Virus record (IMG/VR): IMGVR_UViG_3300028410_000015
Source of the DNA: a virus
Length of the DNA: 53,646 nt
Direction: 5' to 3' (one strand)
A program made the translations under genes and the position numbers. Positions 25,410 through 35,020 of the stretch are shown here, one piece after another. The notes under the pieces are model-generated. The model searched no databases. It saw nothing but the letters and a program-made list of their open reading frames with translations, and was not told the origin of the DNA. Every line of letters begins with the position of its first letter. Position 1 is the stretch's first letter.

Positions 25410-25697
25410 ATGGACGTGTATACGCTAGGACAGGATATCAGAGTTAAGGCATCGGGCGGAGACGCAATGATCGTAAACCCCTCTAACATGGAGGTTCTAT
25501 CTAACGACTATGCGACAGATAGCTGGCTAAGACTTCAGGCTGGACAACAGCTAATGTTATCAGGAATGTACAACAATGATGTATTCCTAGTAGTAGTTGA
25601 GTCATCAGAAGACTTTGCTAATACAGAAGGGACTTTCGGAATCGTTCTACGAAAGGCGTCTTGGAACAAAGTACTAGAGGCCTCAGTAGTCGGGTAA
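25410..25697 (+). CDS. hypothetical protein (the only clear plus-strand gene in the window)
   Basis: ORF track 95 aa with SD AAGGAGAAGAAC. Confidence 0.5.
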   Translation: MDVYTLGQDIRVKASGGDAMIVNPSNMEVLSNDYATDSWLRLQAGQQLMLSGMYNNDVFLVVVESSEDFANTEGTFGIVLRKASWNKVLEASVVG

Positions 25698-25699
25698 TC

Positions 25700-26002
25700 T
25701 TAAGCACATAGTTTAGAAGACATTTTAGACATGACAAGGTTAATAGCTTTGTCATGTTTTTTAGCGTAAGCAGAAAGTTCACTCACACTCAATCCTATGA
25801 ATTTCTGAAAGCCGTCAGTTATTTCGACAATCTTATCAGAGACTACTAATGCACCTGACGGCACACCAAACTCTGCAGGCGTGATTGAATAGAGTTCCAT
25901 ACTGCTTTCGCATAATTGACACGGAAGAGACTTCGGTGGCTTTTTAAAGTCACCACTTGCTTCAAAAGTTGAATTACAGTATGGACATGACACATTATGC
26001 AT
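25700..26002 (-). CDS. hypothetical zinc-ribbon protein (CPYC...CQLC)
   Basis: ORF track 100 aa. Confidence 0.4.
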   Translation of the reverse strand: MHNVSCPYCNSTFEASGDFKKPPKSLPCQLCESSMELYSITPAEFGVPSGALVVSDKIVEITDGFQKFIGLSVSELSAYAKKHDKAINLVMSKMSSKLCA

Positions 26003-26119
26003 TAAAGTAGCTCCTAATCTTCATTCTGACGTATCTAGAATGTCTGTGAAATGCTTTTGGTGCTTGTAGCAATAAAACATGTGGCAACGAATTTAAAAAC
26101 TTCTAAGATACCACACAAT

Positions 26120-26443
26120 CTAATTAATATCGTTATCAACTGGAACATTGTACGTAAGAAGTCCGGCATTGTGACACCTTAAAACTTCATCCGACACGAC
26201 ATTCCTTGGGTACAAAAACTCTACATGATTAAGACCTTCACAATAGAAGACCCATCGTTGCTCTTTGATCATTGGCACATTGTTTCTAAATGGAACTGCA
26301 GCATACCTGTAAATGACAAGGGTTTTACCCTCTACTTCTTTGCACTTAATTGCGACGGCATTTCCGTGTCTTGTTTTAATCCAGCATCCCGGTTCAATCT
26401 TGGACATGTTATCAATCCTCTTCTGAGTTTGTGAATGATGCAA
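26120..26443 (-). CDS. hypothetical protein
   Basis: ORF track 107 aa. Confidence 0.35.
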   Translation of the reverse strand: MHHSQTQKRIDNMSKIEPGCWIKTRHGNAVAIKCKEVEGKTLVIYRYAAVPFRNNVPMIKEQRWVFYCEGLNHVEFLYPRNVVSDEVLRCHNAGLLTYNVPVDNDIN

Positions 26444-26786
26444 TTTTTATTATACAGACCATGATGGTGGGTATGATCATTAATGTGTATTGACCAGAGA
26501 AAAAATGGGTCCCGAATGCTACAAGCATCAAGATGGCCAAAACAACGCTAGACATTTTGCGTGTACTGACTGGAAGCATACCAAAAGCACATACAATTTC
26601 AATGATACCCACAATCTGCATAACAGGGTCGAAATAGCCCCATTGTGCAAATTGAACTGCAAGACTCGGAAATGAGTTAAACTTGAGTGCACCCATAATT
26701 GCAAATGTAATAGAAGCGAAAAACATGCAGAACATTGCTAGTCTTTCTTTTTCCACTACATCTCCAACGATTAATTGTAACAACAT
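26412..26786 (-). CDS. small 4-TM membrane protein, DoxX-like?
   Basis: ORF track 124 aa; hydrophobic; FAQWGYFDPVMQIVGIIEIVCAFGMLP. Confidence 0.4.
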   Translation of the reverse strand: MLLQLIVGDVVEKERLAMFCMFFASITFAIMGALKFNSFPSLAVQFAQWGYFDPVMQIVGIIEIVCAFGMLPVSTRKMSSVVLAILMLVAFGTHFFSGQYTLMIIPTIMVCIIKIASFTNSEED

Positions 26787-26810
26787 GATGAAGGATTTAC
26801 AATAAACTTT

Positions 26811-28622
26811 TCACTTTCTTGACGAAATCATCTGTTTTAAGACATTCCGCAAGAAAGCTTCAGACATGTTGTCTGTTGTGTTTAAGTAAGCTTCTACTTC
26901 TGCTTTGTCAAGTGCCTTTCCAAGCTCGCCACCCTTGATGCCTTGTGCCATAAGATCTTTTGCACTTGACGCAGGCGGGCTTTCTGCAAAACTAACAAAC
27001 TTACGGGCATCAGACGGGCTGAGAGAAGAAGATGGCGAATTGTTTGAAAAATCGATCACGTCCTGGCTCGAAAGCTTGTACTTCTTTCCAAACTTGATGT
27101 ATTCTTTCTTTAAGTTCACAACATTATTGATGTCAATTGAGCTTAATCGGATCAAGAAAGAAACGATGTCACCAACTGAATTCTTAAATCGCATTCTCTT
27201 CAACGTCTTCAGGGTGGCTGACGGATCATTAGCTGACAACATTGTAGCAATTTGAACCTCAATACTTCCACCTAGAGAAATTCCACTCTCAGGACCCAGA
27301 ACCCTCAGCCCAGGAAATATTTGGTCAGTTACAGAAAGTTCAACTGCCCAATCAATGTACTCTAGCGGATCTACTGCGGTGAGAATGCCCTTTACAAACT
27401 CATCTTGAATTCGGTCAGGAGACACACCCTTTAGGCCGCTCTTTGCTACCTGAGTAACAGCGTCTTCGGTCTCTTGATCAAGTCTTGATCCCATTCTCGC
27501 AGCAAATCTTATCGCTCGTAGCACACGAAGTGGATCTTCATTAAATCTTTCAATGGGATTGCCTACTGCACGAATCACTCTGTTTTTGATGTCTTCAATG
27601 CCACCTACGAGGTCAACAATTTCTTTCTCATCAATATCGTAAAAAAGTGCGTTAACTGTGAGATCTCTTCTTTTAACATCGTCTTCGATAGAGGCCCACC
27701 TAACTTCGTCAGGACGCCTACCAGATCCAATATCTTCACGGAATGTAGCGATCTCGTACTCGTTACCTTCGTCAGTCCAAACACGAACAACACCAAAGTC
27801 CTTGCCTGTTAGATCGATCTTAAAGTTGAGATTTGACAGCACTTCAATTACACGGTCGGGTGTAAGATCAGTTGCAAGGTCATAGTCCTTTGGCGTTTTG
27901 TTCAGAAGTGTATCCCTAACAGCGCCACCAACTACAAAGAGGTCGCCGTATCTTTTAATTACATTGTGGATCGCAATGAGATCTTCTGGTAGATCCATTG
28001 ACATGGGCCTTCGAATCTCTTCACTCTCTTTGATCATAGAACTCATTTTTGACTCTTTAAGATCGAGGATGTCTTGATAGTTACAATTTGCAATCTTTTG
28101 AAACCTTTCCACTGGGTGCCCAACGCCTTCGACTCCATAAAAATCAGCAGCATTTTCAAATGAACTTAAGTGATGATGCCTATCATCCCAAAAGTGAGCT
28201 TCTGATATCACTGGATGTTGTGCAAGGATCTTTTTAATCTGTGACACCTTAAAGGATTCTGTGTCATTGGTCGTTTTCAAGTATACAGCGTCAAAATTAA
28301 GACCAGCTTGATGCAAAAGTTCAGCAACTCTGTATCTAATTGCGGCATTTGAGTTCGGCCTCCCAGTCATTAACACACAGAGAATGTTAGGATCAGCAAT
28401 TGATTGCTTAGCCAAAGCAACAATCTCAGTATTCCACCAATCCTTACTCGGAACTTCAGGAACACAAGGCTCAGATAAAGAAGCTGGGTAAGTCCACCAG
28501 CGACCAGGACCTTTATGTGCAGGCCAATCTGTTGGGTAAGTTGGACTTCCGAAAAGTGTTCCATCGAAGTCAAAAACATGAAGTATTAGTGTCATCTTGG
28601 TATCTCTGTAATTGATCCGCAA
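26811..28622 (-). CDS. fusion of an N-terminal HAD-like phosphatase (DxDGT) to a class-II CCA-adding tRNA nucleotidyltransferase
   Basis: N-terminus LHVFDFDGTLFGSPT (HAD motif I). The middle region GDLFVVGGAVRDTLLNKTPKDYDLATD...TFREDIGSGRRPD...DLTVNALFYD is the polymerase-beta head domain of CCA-adding enzymes and poly(A) polymerases. Confidence 0.75.
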   Translation of the reverse strand: MRINYRDTKMTLILHVFDFDGTLFGSPTYPTDWPAHKGPGRWWTYPASLSEPCVPEVPSKDWWNTEIVALAKQSIADPNILCVLMTGRPNSNAAIRYRVAELLHQAGLNFDAVYLKTTNDTESFKVSQIKKILAQHPVISEAHFWDDRHHHLSSFENAADFYGVEGVGHPVERFQKIANCNYQDILDLKESKMSSMIKESEEIRRPMSMDLPEDLIAIHNVIKRYGDLFVVGGAVRDTLLNKTPKDYDLATDLTPDRVIEVLSNLNFKIDLTGKDFGVVRVWTDEGNEYEIATFREDIGSGRRPDEVRWASIEDDVKRRDLTVNALFYDIDEKEIVDLVGGIEDIKNRVIRAVGNPIERFNEDPLRVLRAIRFAARMGSRLDQETEDAVTQVAKSGLKGVSPDRIQDEFVKGILTAVDPLEYIDWAVELSVTDQIFPGLRVLGPESGISLGGSIEVQIATMLSANDPSATLKTLKRMRFKNSVGDIVSFLIRLSSIDINNVVNLKKEYIKFGKKYKLSSQDVIDFSNNSPSSSLSPSDARKFVSFAESPPASSAKDLMAQGIKGGELGKALDKAEVEAYLNTTDNMSEAFLRNVLKQMISSRK

Positions 28623-29068
28623 ATATCAACAGGATCGATTGTCTCAAAGTCGCTTAATAGAAAATCATTTGAGTCTCTAGGTTTCGCGTCTAATTCTGGG
28701 TTGATTGCAATTGTAACGTGAGGAAAGTTAGGTCCCTTCATCGGGACTGGAAAGTTTGACGTATCAACAAAAGCCGTGATTATTTTATCATTTCGAGCGA
28801 TCTTAGTTACTTTCAAACACTCATCGGCGCCGAGCCACCTAGGAGGAGTTCTAAAACTCTTTCCCTGCTCAACGGGAGAAATGATGGTCATATGATGGCT
28901 ATTAACTTTCCATCCTTGCGGCGCGAGAGACGCTAATTTGCTTTGAGAATCTTCGTCTAGAACAAATGCTGTATAGTAGATCGACTTATCAGGGTTTAAG
29001 GTCATTTCCCTCAATAGTGCTCTTACTACTTCTCTAACTAAACTAGACATTAATCTAACCCTAGGCAA
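28592..29068 (-). CDS. 2H-phosphoesterase-like protein (two HxTx motifs: HHMTI, HVTIA); candidate 2',3'-cyclic phosphodiesterase
   Basis: ORF track 158 aa. The two H-x-T-x tetrapeptides are about 60 residues apart. Confidence 0.5.
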   Translation of the reverse strand: MPRVRLMSSLVREVVRALLREMTLNPDKSIYYTAFVLDEDSQSKLASLAPQGWKVNSHHMTIISPVEQGKSFRTPPRWLGADECLKVTKIARNDKIITAFVDTSNFPVPMKGPNFPHVTIAINPELDAKPRDSNDFLLSDFETIDPVDICGSITEIPR

Positions 29069-29679
29069 AAATGAACTCTTTCTCTAGCCCGATCTATTGC
29101 AGCTGATTTGCACGAAGAGCCTAAGTCATAAACAGCTATGTGATCTTCGATGCCTATAATGTGACCATACTCATGGCACAAAATACCAAAAGCGTCAGGT
29201 TGTACCGCGGCGATCATTAGATTTGCTTCTTCACAGTATGTATTTTCTTCTGTGACTTCTCTATTAAATTTTTCATAATTCTCTGTAATGAAAATCCAAA
29301 ACTCAGTTGAAGAGTAAATTCTGATCGTACCTCTCCAAGGTTGTGCGTCAGCGATTCGTGTCCACTTTTCGCCAGAGCCTGAATGGCCAGTTATTACTTG
29401 ATTGTCAACAGCTCGAACTTCTACACGTCCAAACCCATCTCTGATATGGTTTAGATGACTGCGGTCTAAACCGTTGGGAAGATAAAACTCAATGTCTGAC
29501 ATACTCACTGAGAACCAGTCTTCAAAATCAGAAACAATGGAGACTTCTACGACATTGAGTGCTCTTGTTCCGGGTTGTTGAAGCGAGAAGATATACATGC
29601 ACATCACAATAGCGACACAGATTGTTGTAGCCTTGAGGACCCTAGTAGAATGTGCATTTTTTCTACGTATCTTTGTCAT
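29050..29679 (-). CDS. secreted or membrane-anchored metzincin-like zinc metallopeptidase (HEYGHIIGIEDH = HExxHxxGxxH)
   Basis: ORF track 209 aa with an N-terminal hydrophobic segment. Confidence 0.6.
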   Translation of the reverse strand: MTKIRRKNAHSTRVLKATTICVAIVMCMYIFSLQQPGTRALNVVEVSIVSDFEDWFSVSMSDIEFYLPNGLDRSHLNHIRDGFGRVEVRAVDNQVITGHSGSGEKWTRIADAQPWRGTIRIYSSTEFWIFITENYEKFNREVTEENTYCEEANLMIAAVQPDAFGILCHEYGHIIGIEDHIAVYDLGSSCKSAAIDRARERVHFCLGLD

Positions 29680-29691
29680 TGCACAATCTTC

Positions 29692-29934
29692 CTAGAAATC
29701 AAAAAGTTCTTTTATGCTTCCCGGGCACACGAGATCATCTTCTTCTTCTAATTCATCATCATCATCGACGTCCTGAAATGGTGCTTTGCCTAAGAGTCCA
29801 TGTTGTGGACCGCCACTTTGATTGATTGTCTTACTCATTCCTCGGCCAAAAACACCATGCTCATAAAACTGCTTTGAGTAAATTCGTTTTGTATGCTCTC
29901 TTAGCAGTCTTTTGTCCATTCTATATCTTGCCAT
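29692..29934 (-). CDS. hypothetical acidic protein
   Basis: ORF track 80 aa; DDDDELEEEDD. Confidence 0.35.
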   Translation of the reverse strand: MARYRMDKRLLREHTKRIYSKQFYEHGVFGRGMSKTINQSGGPQHGLLGKAPFQDVDDDDELEEEDDLVCPGSIKELFDF

Positions 29935-30084
29935 ATGATTCTCTCTATAGAATACATATCAAAGGACCGGAGATTTAGTCGCTTTCAAATTTTATCACAC
30001 AGGCAAATTTTTTGCACAGCATATTGCGTTCACAAGCTGACGTTGCAGATGGAACATCTGCACCGCAGATGTTTCCTCTCAACG

Positions 30085-30447
30085 CTATTTCTTCCATTTT
30101 GTGTTTCCATTGACATCAAGCACAATAGTCACATGTGACCAGAGTGATTTTTCGATCTTAAAGCGGTAGTCGGGAACTTCAATGACACTACAAGATATGC
30201 TCGACAGTAAGTGAACTAGGCATAATGCTCGAGCAGTCGGTCCAAACGGCGATCCTTTAACATTAGTCTCAGTAATTTTACTGACCATAAATGAGGAAAC
30301 AATTTGCAGTTTTTCACCATTCCAGTCTGTAACCTCCGAGACAATTAGTGCATCTCCTCTGCAAATAGGGATATTGTCAAAAGTGCCTAATCGTATCGAA
30401 TCCACTTTGTGCTCCCATTTTTGTCGACAACACACATGACTTTGCAT
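30085..30447 (-). CDS. small paralogous protein (GDALIV...NGNTKWKK)
   Basis: ORF track 120 aa. Homologous to 30387..30785 (GDLIIVNG...NGSTKW). Confidence 0.4.
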   Translation of the reverse strand: MQSHVCCRQKWEHKVDSIRLGTFDNIPICRGDALIVSEVTDWNGEKLQIVSSFMVSKITETNVKGSPFGPTARALCLVHLLSSISCSVIEVPDYRFKIEKSLWSHVTIVLDVNGNTKWKK

Positions 30448-30785
30448 CCAAAATTATAACCCCTTGCCAAAACATAATCATACACTTCAATACAGCGTTT
30501 TGCGTGAGAGTCTATAAGCGATATTATAGCAAAATTGTCTTTGTCATGGCTCATGCCTATAAACTTCGTAATTTTTGTAACAATGTAAGCATTTGTACAC
30601 CGAAAGTCTTTTTCTTGTTTGCTTTTTTTGCCATTAACAATGATAAGATCGCCTAAGACTAATTTGACTCTGTTGCTGACAGCTTTAGGAGGCTTAGTCT
30701 TAGGCGTACATCGCAAAAATTCAACAGGCAGGACTCTTAATTGTACTTGATTGAAAGACTCAAAGTACATATCATTACTTCCCAT
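30387..30785 (-). CDS. small paralogous protein
   Basis: ORF track 132 aa; a tandem paralogue of 30085..30447. Confidence 0.4.
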   Translation of the reverse strand: MGSNDMYFESFNQVQLRVLPVEFLRCTPKTKPPKAVSNRVKLVLGDLIIVNGKKSKQEKDFRCTNAYIVTKITKFIGMSHDKDNFAIISLIDSHAKRCIEVYDYVLARGYNFGCKVMCVVDKNGSTKWIRYD

Positions 30786-30904
30786 TTGATCTATTCCACT
30801 TCAATTTCCCACTGCATCTTGCGATTGACTGCAGTCATAAGTTTTGTTGTTTGACTGTAAAGAATGTCTAGTGAATGAACAATGATTTTTGAACTCACTA
30901 TTCT

Positions 30905-31453
30905 CTACTTGGAGTTGATAAAAAACAGAATGTTCGTAGGTAGGCAGTATCGCTTACCATCTGCACACAGCACCCAAGTGTGTTCAAATGGTGGAAATGA
31001 ACCTGGGGCTTCGCGATGCTTAAGAGTGATTCCAAAAGTTTTGTGTAGAAACGAAAGTGTACTCGGAATTGAAATATGTACACCGTATCTCGGCCCACAC
31101 TCTTTGGTTCCAAATTTATTTTCACTTTCTTCTTGGTGAAATCGCTTTTTTGACTTTTTGTCGTCAAAAAGATTTTTTAGGCCCACACCGTTGATGTAAA
31201 CTATTAGTCCTTCACCAAGCGCGTGACTTGGAAGGTCGTAAAAATCACTTCCAAGCAATTCGAGGTCAGCTAAAGTTAAAGTTGACACAGGAGTTGCATC
31301 ACAATTACTCATATTGTCAATTCCAGGAAGGACAGAAAAACCATAAATATTCATGGTCTTATCTTTTAGCTCCGCTAGAAAAGACTCGCTATACATTTCA
31401 TCGTCAGTGTAAGCAACCAGTCTTTTCTCTTCTTCTGACAACAGATGTGACAT
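30905..31453 (-). CDS. hypothetical protein
   Basis: ORF track 182 aa. Confidence 0.45.
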   Translation of the reverse strand: MSHLLSEEEKRLVAYTDDEMYSESFLAELKDKTMNIYGFSVLPGIDNMSNCDATPVSTLTLADLELLGSDFYDLPSHALGEGLIVYINGVGLKNLFDDKKSKKRFHQEESENKFGTKECGPRYGVHISIPSTLSFLHKTFGITLKHREAPGSFPPFEHTWVLCADGKRYCLPTNILFFINSK

Positions 31454-31603
31454 GAAAAATCCTATACTTACAACATTACTGCATGAAGTATAAAATTACA
31501 AAAATACTATACAAAAAACAGAATTGATGAATACAGGACAATAATGATCACAAGCAACACCATACACATCGTAAAGAATAGTTGTTGCTCGTAAGTCATT
31601 TGA

Positions 31604-31969
31604 TCACAAAATCATGCGATAAGAAACGTAACCTTCTGTAGTATCTTCGTCGAGGGCAGCATCTTTAACTAGTTGTGCTAAAGCAGTGTAAATAGCACTT
31701 TCTGGATGCTGATCCGACATTGAGCCGGCCTCTGCCCAGTCATATGCAAACTCAACGATCTCATCACGGGAGACTACTTGATCGGCTTTTTCAATGTACC
31801 CTTCCGCAGGGTCAAAAATCGATAAAATAACTTTCTTTAGATTGTCGATCATGTCAAGATATGTGCTACGATAGGAGTCAAAGTCCACGACTTCACCCTC
31901 ATTCATAACTCTAGCAAGCTCTTCCTTGATAATCTTTCTAATTGTGGATTTCTTAACTTGTGTTTTCAT
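31604..31969 (-). CDS. hypothetical protein with IIKEEL leader (MKTQVKKSTIRKIIKEELARVMNE)
   Basis: ORF track 121 aa. Confidence 0.5.
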   Translation of the reverse strand: MKTQVKKSTIRKIIKEELARVMNEGEVVDFDSYRSTYLDMIDNLKKVILSIFDPAEGYIEKADQVVSRDEIVEFAYDWAEAGSMSDQHPESAIYTALAQLVKDAALDEDTTEGYVSYRMIL

Positions 31970-31984
31970 GACTGGGTATCCTCT

Positions 31985-32350
31985 TTAGCGTCGTTTTGCT
32001 AGGTGTTGTTTAATAACTCTCATCGCTTCGTCTTGCCTATTGATTGATACATGAGCAAATGCCTTTCGTGCCACATTCTCTGGTATTGAGCGATCCTCAT
32101 ACATTCTTAAAATACGAACGCAAAGTAGCTTGTCATTCTCCATTGCACTTAAGAAGTTGGCTTCACCCAAAGAGTGAACCAAGATGTGTGTTCGCTTCTT
32201 GTCTTCGAATTGTTTTAAGATTGGAAAATCATCGTAAAGTGTCCGCATTAACGAAACAGGCTTATCCTCTCCAGATAGCCAATCCAGAATGCCTTCTCTT
32301 TGAAGTTCCTCTCGGATGATTTTAACGAGCTTGGCTTTTTTGATTTTCAT
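31985..32350 (-). CDS. hypothetical protein with IIREEL leader (MKIKKAKLVKIIREELQREG)
   Basis: ORF track 121 aa. Confidence 0.5.
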   Translation of the reverse strand: MKIKKAKLVKIIREELQREGILDWLSGEDKPVSLMRTLYDDFPILKQFEDKKRTHILVHSLGEANFLSAMENDKLLCVRILRMYEDRSIPENVARKAFAHVSINRQDEAMRVIKQHLAKRR

Positions 32351-32682
32351 TTTGAGCTACTTCCGCGATTTAGCATTACAGTTCTATATATGCACAATCT
32401 ATGTCAAGTAAACAGTAAAGGCGTCCAAAGGTCAAGCCATCTCGCCCATCATTTGGTAGCTTCTCATGAATCTGGTATGTATCTAGATGGTTTTTTGTTC
32501 TAAAAACCAGTGGATACCAATCAAAAAAAAGAAAAGCCCAGGAGGGGCTTTTGGAGCACATATGTGCAGAAGGTTCTTGTGCTTAGAAAGGTTTAGAGTT
32601 CGTCGTTTTTGACTCTCTCCAGTCATCAAACCTCTGATGAAATCAGCTGTAATATCTCTCGGACTTCATATTTCAATTCTCC

Positions 32683-33021
32683 TTACTTGCTTTTTTGTAT
32701 CTGCAAATGAAGTATAAGACTGCCTTTGCCTTTGATCACTCTATGCCACATTGCAGGTTCTATGTAAATAACGTCACCTCGTGATAAGTCAATAGGTAAT
32801 TCATTGTCACTTTGAAACTGCCATCCATCGGATTGAATAACAGTCAAAATTCTGCACTCACGATCTCGATGCCAAATCAAGTCGTCCTTGTCAGTTGTCT
32901 CAGAGAACTCTCTAATAACTTGACGTTCGCTTAGTGACTCACAGAACACTGTCTCTTCAAATGGTATATCATCTATTACGCTTGTAGACACGTCAGTAAC
33001 AGAAAATGTATTTGCTAACAT
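32683..33021 (-). CDS. hypothetical protein, possibly cupin-like
   Basis: ORF track 112 aa; GDVIYIEPAMWHRV. Confidence 0.35.
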   Translation of the reverse strand: MLANTFSVTDVSTSVIDDIPFEETVFCESLSERQVIREFSETTDKDDLIWHRDRECRILTVIQSDGWQFQSDNELPIDLSRGDVIYIEPAMWHRVIKGKGSLILHLQIQKSK

Positions 33022-33657
33022 TTACCACCATCCCGGAACGTTTCTACCAAAGAACTTTGTGGCTCTGCACGACCAGTATCCAGCCTTCGTTCTGTCCTTC
33101 TTGTCCGCGCAGTTGTGTCTCGCTCCGTAGCTCTTGCGTCGCTTCTTGTGCTCCTCGCTGTCGCCCATCGCATCCGACATTTCAGAGCCAAATTTTACCT
33201 TGATGACATTACCTTTGTCATTTTTAACATAGACGTAGGCTTTTCCAGAACCACCGCCTCTTTTTGGCTTGCCAAGCTCAACCTTTTTGCCTTTGTACTC
33301 TGCTTCGTTTAATTCGCTGTTTCGTTCAGAGTTTTGATTTTCAAGCAGCGGCCAATCCAGAGGTACACGCTGTCCTCTATACATGCCCCAGTTTCCCAAA
33401 TCTGTCTCGAGGAGTTCGACCTCATTGGGATTTGCTTGGTACTCGTTATTTTCCCATAGATTTCTAACTTCTCTAAACAGTGCAAAAAACTTTCCCGAAC
33501 CGGGCCGGTAAATATTGTTATCAACAGAAAGCTCATTGATTAAATGATAGCGTAAGCCTTCTGACAAGTTTTTTGGGTTTTGATCGTTGAGTATCTTGTG
33601 TTCTGTCTCAATTTCTTCTCTAATAATTGCCAAGAGCTTTCTAGCTGCTATCTGCAT
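33022..33657 (-). CDS. hypothetical protein with IIREEI leader (MQIAARKLLAIIREEIETE)
   Basis: ORF track 211 aa with a basic C-terminus. Confidence 0.5.
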   Translation of the reverse strand: MQIAARKLLAIIREEIETEHKILNDQNPKNLSEGLRYHLINELSVDNNIYRPGSGKFFALFREVRNLWENNEYQANPNEVELLETDLGNWGMYRGQRVPLDWPLLENQNSERNSELNEAEYKGKKVELGKPKRGGGSGKAYVYVKNDKGNVIKVKFGSEMSDAMGDSEEHKKRRKSYGARHNCADKKDRTKAGYWSCRATKFFGRNVPGWW

Positions 33658-34306
33658 TATTTACCATCCTTGTCTACAATTCATAAATATGCATCAAGAT
33701 TGATAACCAACAAGTATTATAGCGACAGCGCTGTCGTAGTAATATCGTCTAGTGACAAATCATCAATCACATTCTTTCATTACTTGAGATCATTGGTCAT
33801 ACTCCAGGAAGAATCTTTTCTAGTGTCAGGTTCAAAAAGTCAAAGTTCCGAAAACGGCCTGGCAGATCTTCTGTATCTCTAACGTCTTGCGGTGTGTTAA
33901 ACGCAACAGTGTTCTCTAGGTTATTTTTAAGACCAGGCATGACAAATATTTCTTCATTCCAAGCGGCGAGAAAAGTTCCGTAGAACGACAAAGTGATCGC
34001 AACGTTATTGTATGAAAACACTCGCTTAAATATGGAGGTCAAGATCATAGACACTAGATGTGTGTCCTCATCGTTGTGCTTAAAGATCAATGTGTCGCCC
34101 ACAGATATTCTCTGGAGAATATGCTTATTACAGCTGTATTTTTTTCGCTCACGCCAGAAGCAGAAAAGAAGACCTCAATAGCGCCTAAGCTATTGGATCT
34201 TCTACTTCTTGAGTGTGTTGACAAAAATGTATTTTTGATCTTATAAGACATGCCCAAATTTTACAGCAATGGCACGAATTGTATCAACCAACGTCTAGAT
34301 CAAAGA

Positions 34307-34633
34307 TTAGAGCGCAGGAACGTGGAAATTGACACGCTCATAGCCCATTTCTTCGACAGATGCAAGCGCCTGCTTAAACGTAAGAGTTCTTGCAGCTTGA
34401 CGATCGTGACCAGAAAGCCAAACAGCAGGTATTCCATCCTGGGGTATAATCACAATTGTGCCATTGTTGACAGCGTAAGTACCCGGAGTTTCGTCCTTAA
34501 GCATCGCAATAGACTCGTCTTGGTCCGGAAAACGATCTAGACGAGTAAATCCCGTAGGCACAGAAACCTCAGACAATACACGCTGGAGTTCTTCTCTAAT
34601 AATCTGCTGAATTCTGGTCTTCTTGAGCTGCAT
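34307..34633 (-). CDS. hypothetical protein with IIREEL leader (MQLKKTRIQQIIREELQRVLSEV)
   Basis: ORF track 108 aa. Confidence 0.5.
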   Translation of the reverse strand: MQLKKTRIQQIIREELQRVLSEVSVPTGFTRLDRFPDQDESIAMLKDETPGTYAVNNGTIVIIPQDGIPAVWLSGHDRQAARTLTFKQALASVEEMGYERVNFHVPAL

Positions 34634-34687
34634 TTGTATTTCCTCACGATGTTAGTACTATATATGTTACAACATAAGCTAGTTAAG

Positions 34688-35020
34688 CTATGAAGCTATT
34701 TGTGTGATAACACTTGACATCAATAAATAAGACAAGATAAAAGCATCAACATTCTCTCCTGTTGTAACAATCAAAAACACGTCTTTCGACATCAGGTCGT
34801 ACGTAAGCGGAAAACTCGGATACATTCGACAACCAGTCCTCAACCCAATTTTCAGAACAATGCCCCATTGTTTTGATTTATCAGCTGGTCTCATTAGGTT
34901 TCTAACCTGTATTAAATCTCCGGCTCTTATAGACCCACTATTGTTATGCACAACGTCCAGCTGTCGATATTGAGTATGTAACCAATCAAACCACTCACCA
35001 TTGTGTTCGATTTTCGTCAT
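34688..35020 (-). CDS. GDxI...WGIV paralogue family member
   Basis: GDLIQVRNLMRPADKSKQWGIVLKIGLRTGCRMYPSFPLTYDLMSKDVFLIVT aligns with 35523..35825. Confidence 0.45.
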   Translation of the reverse strand: MTKIEHNGEWFDWLHTQYRQLDVVHNNSGSIRAGDLIQVRNLMRPADKSKQWGIVLKIGLRTGCRMYPSFPLTYDLMSKDVFLIVTTGENVDAFILSYLLMSSVITQIAS

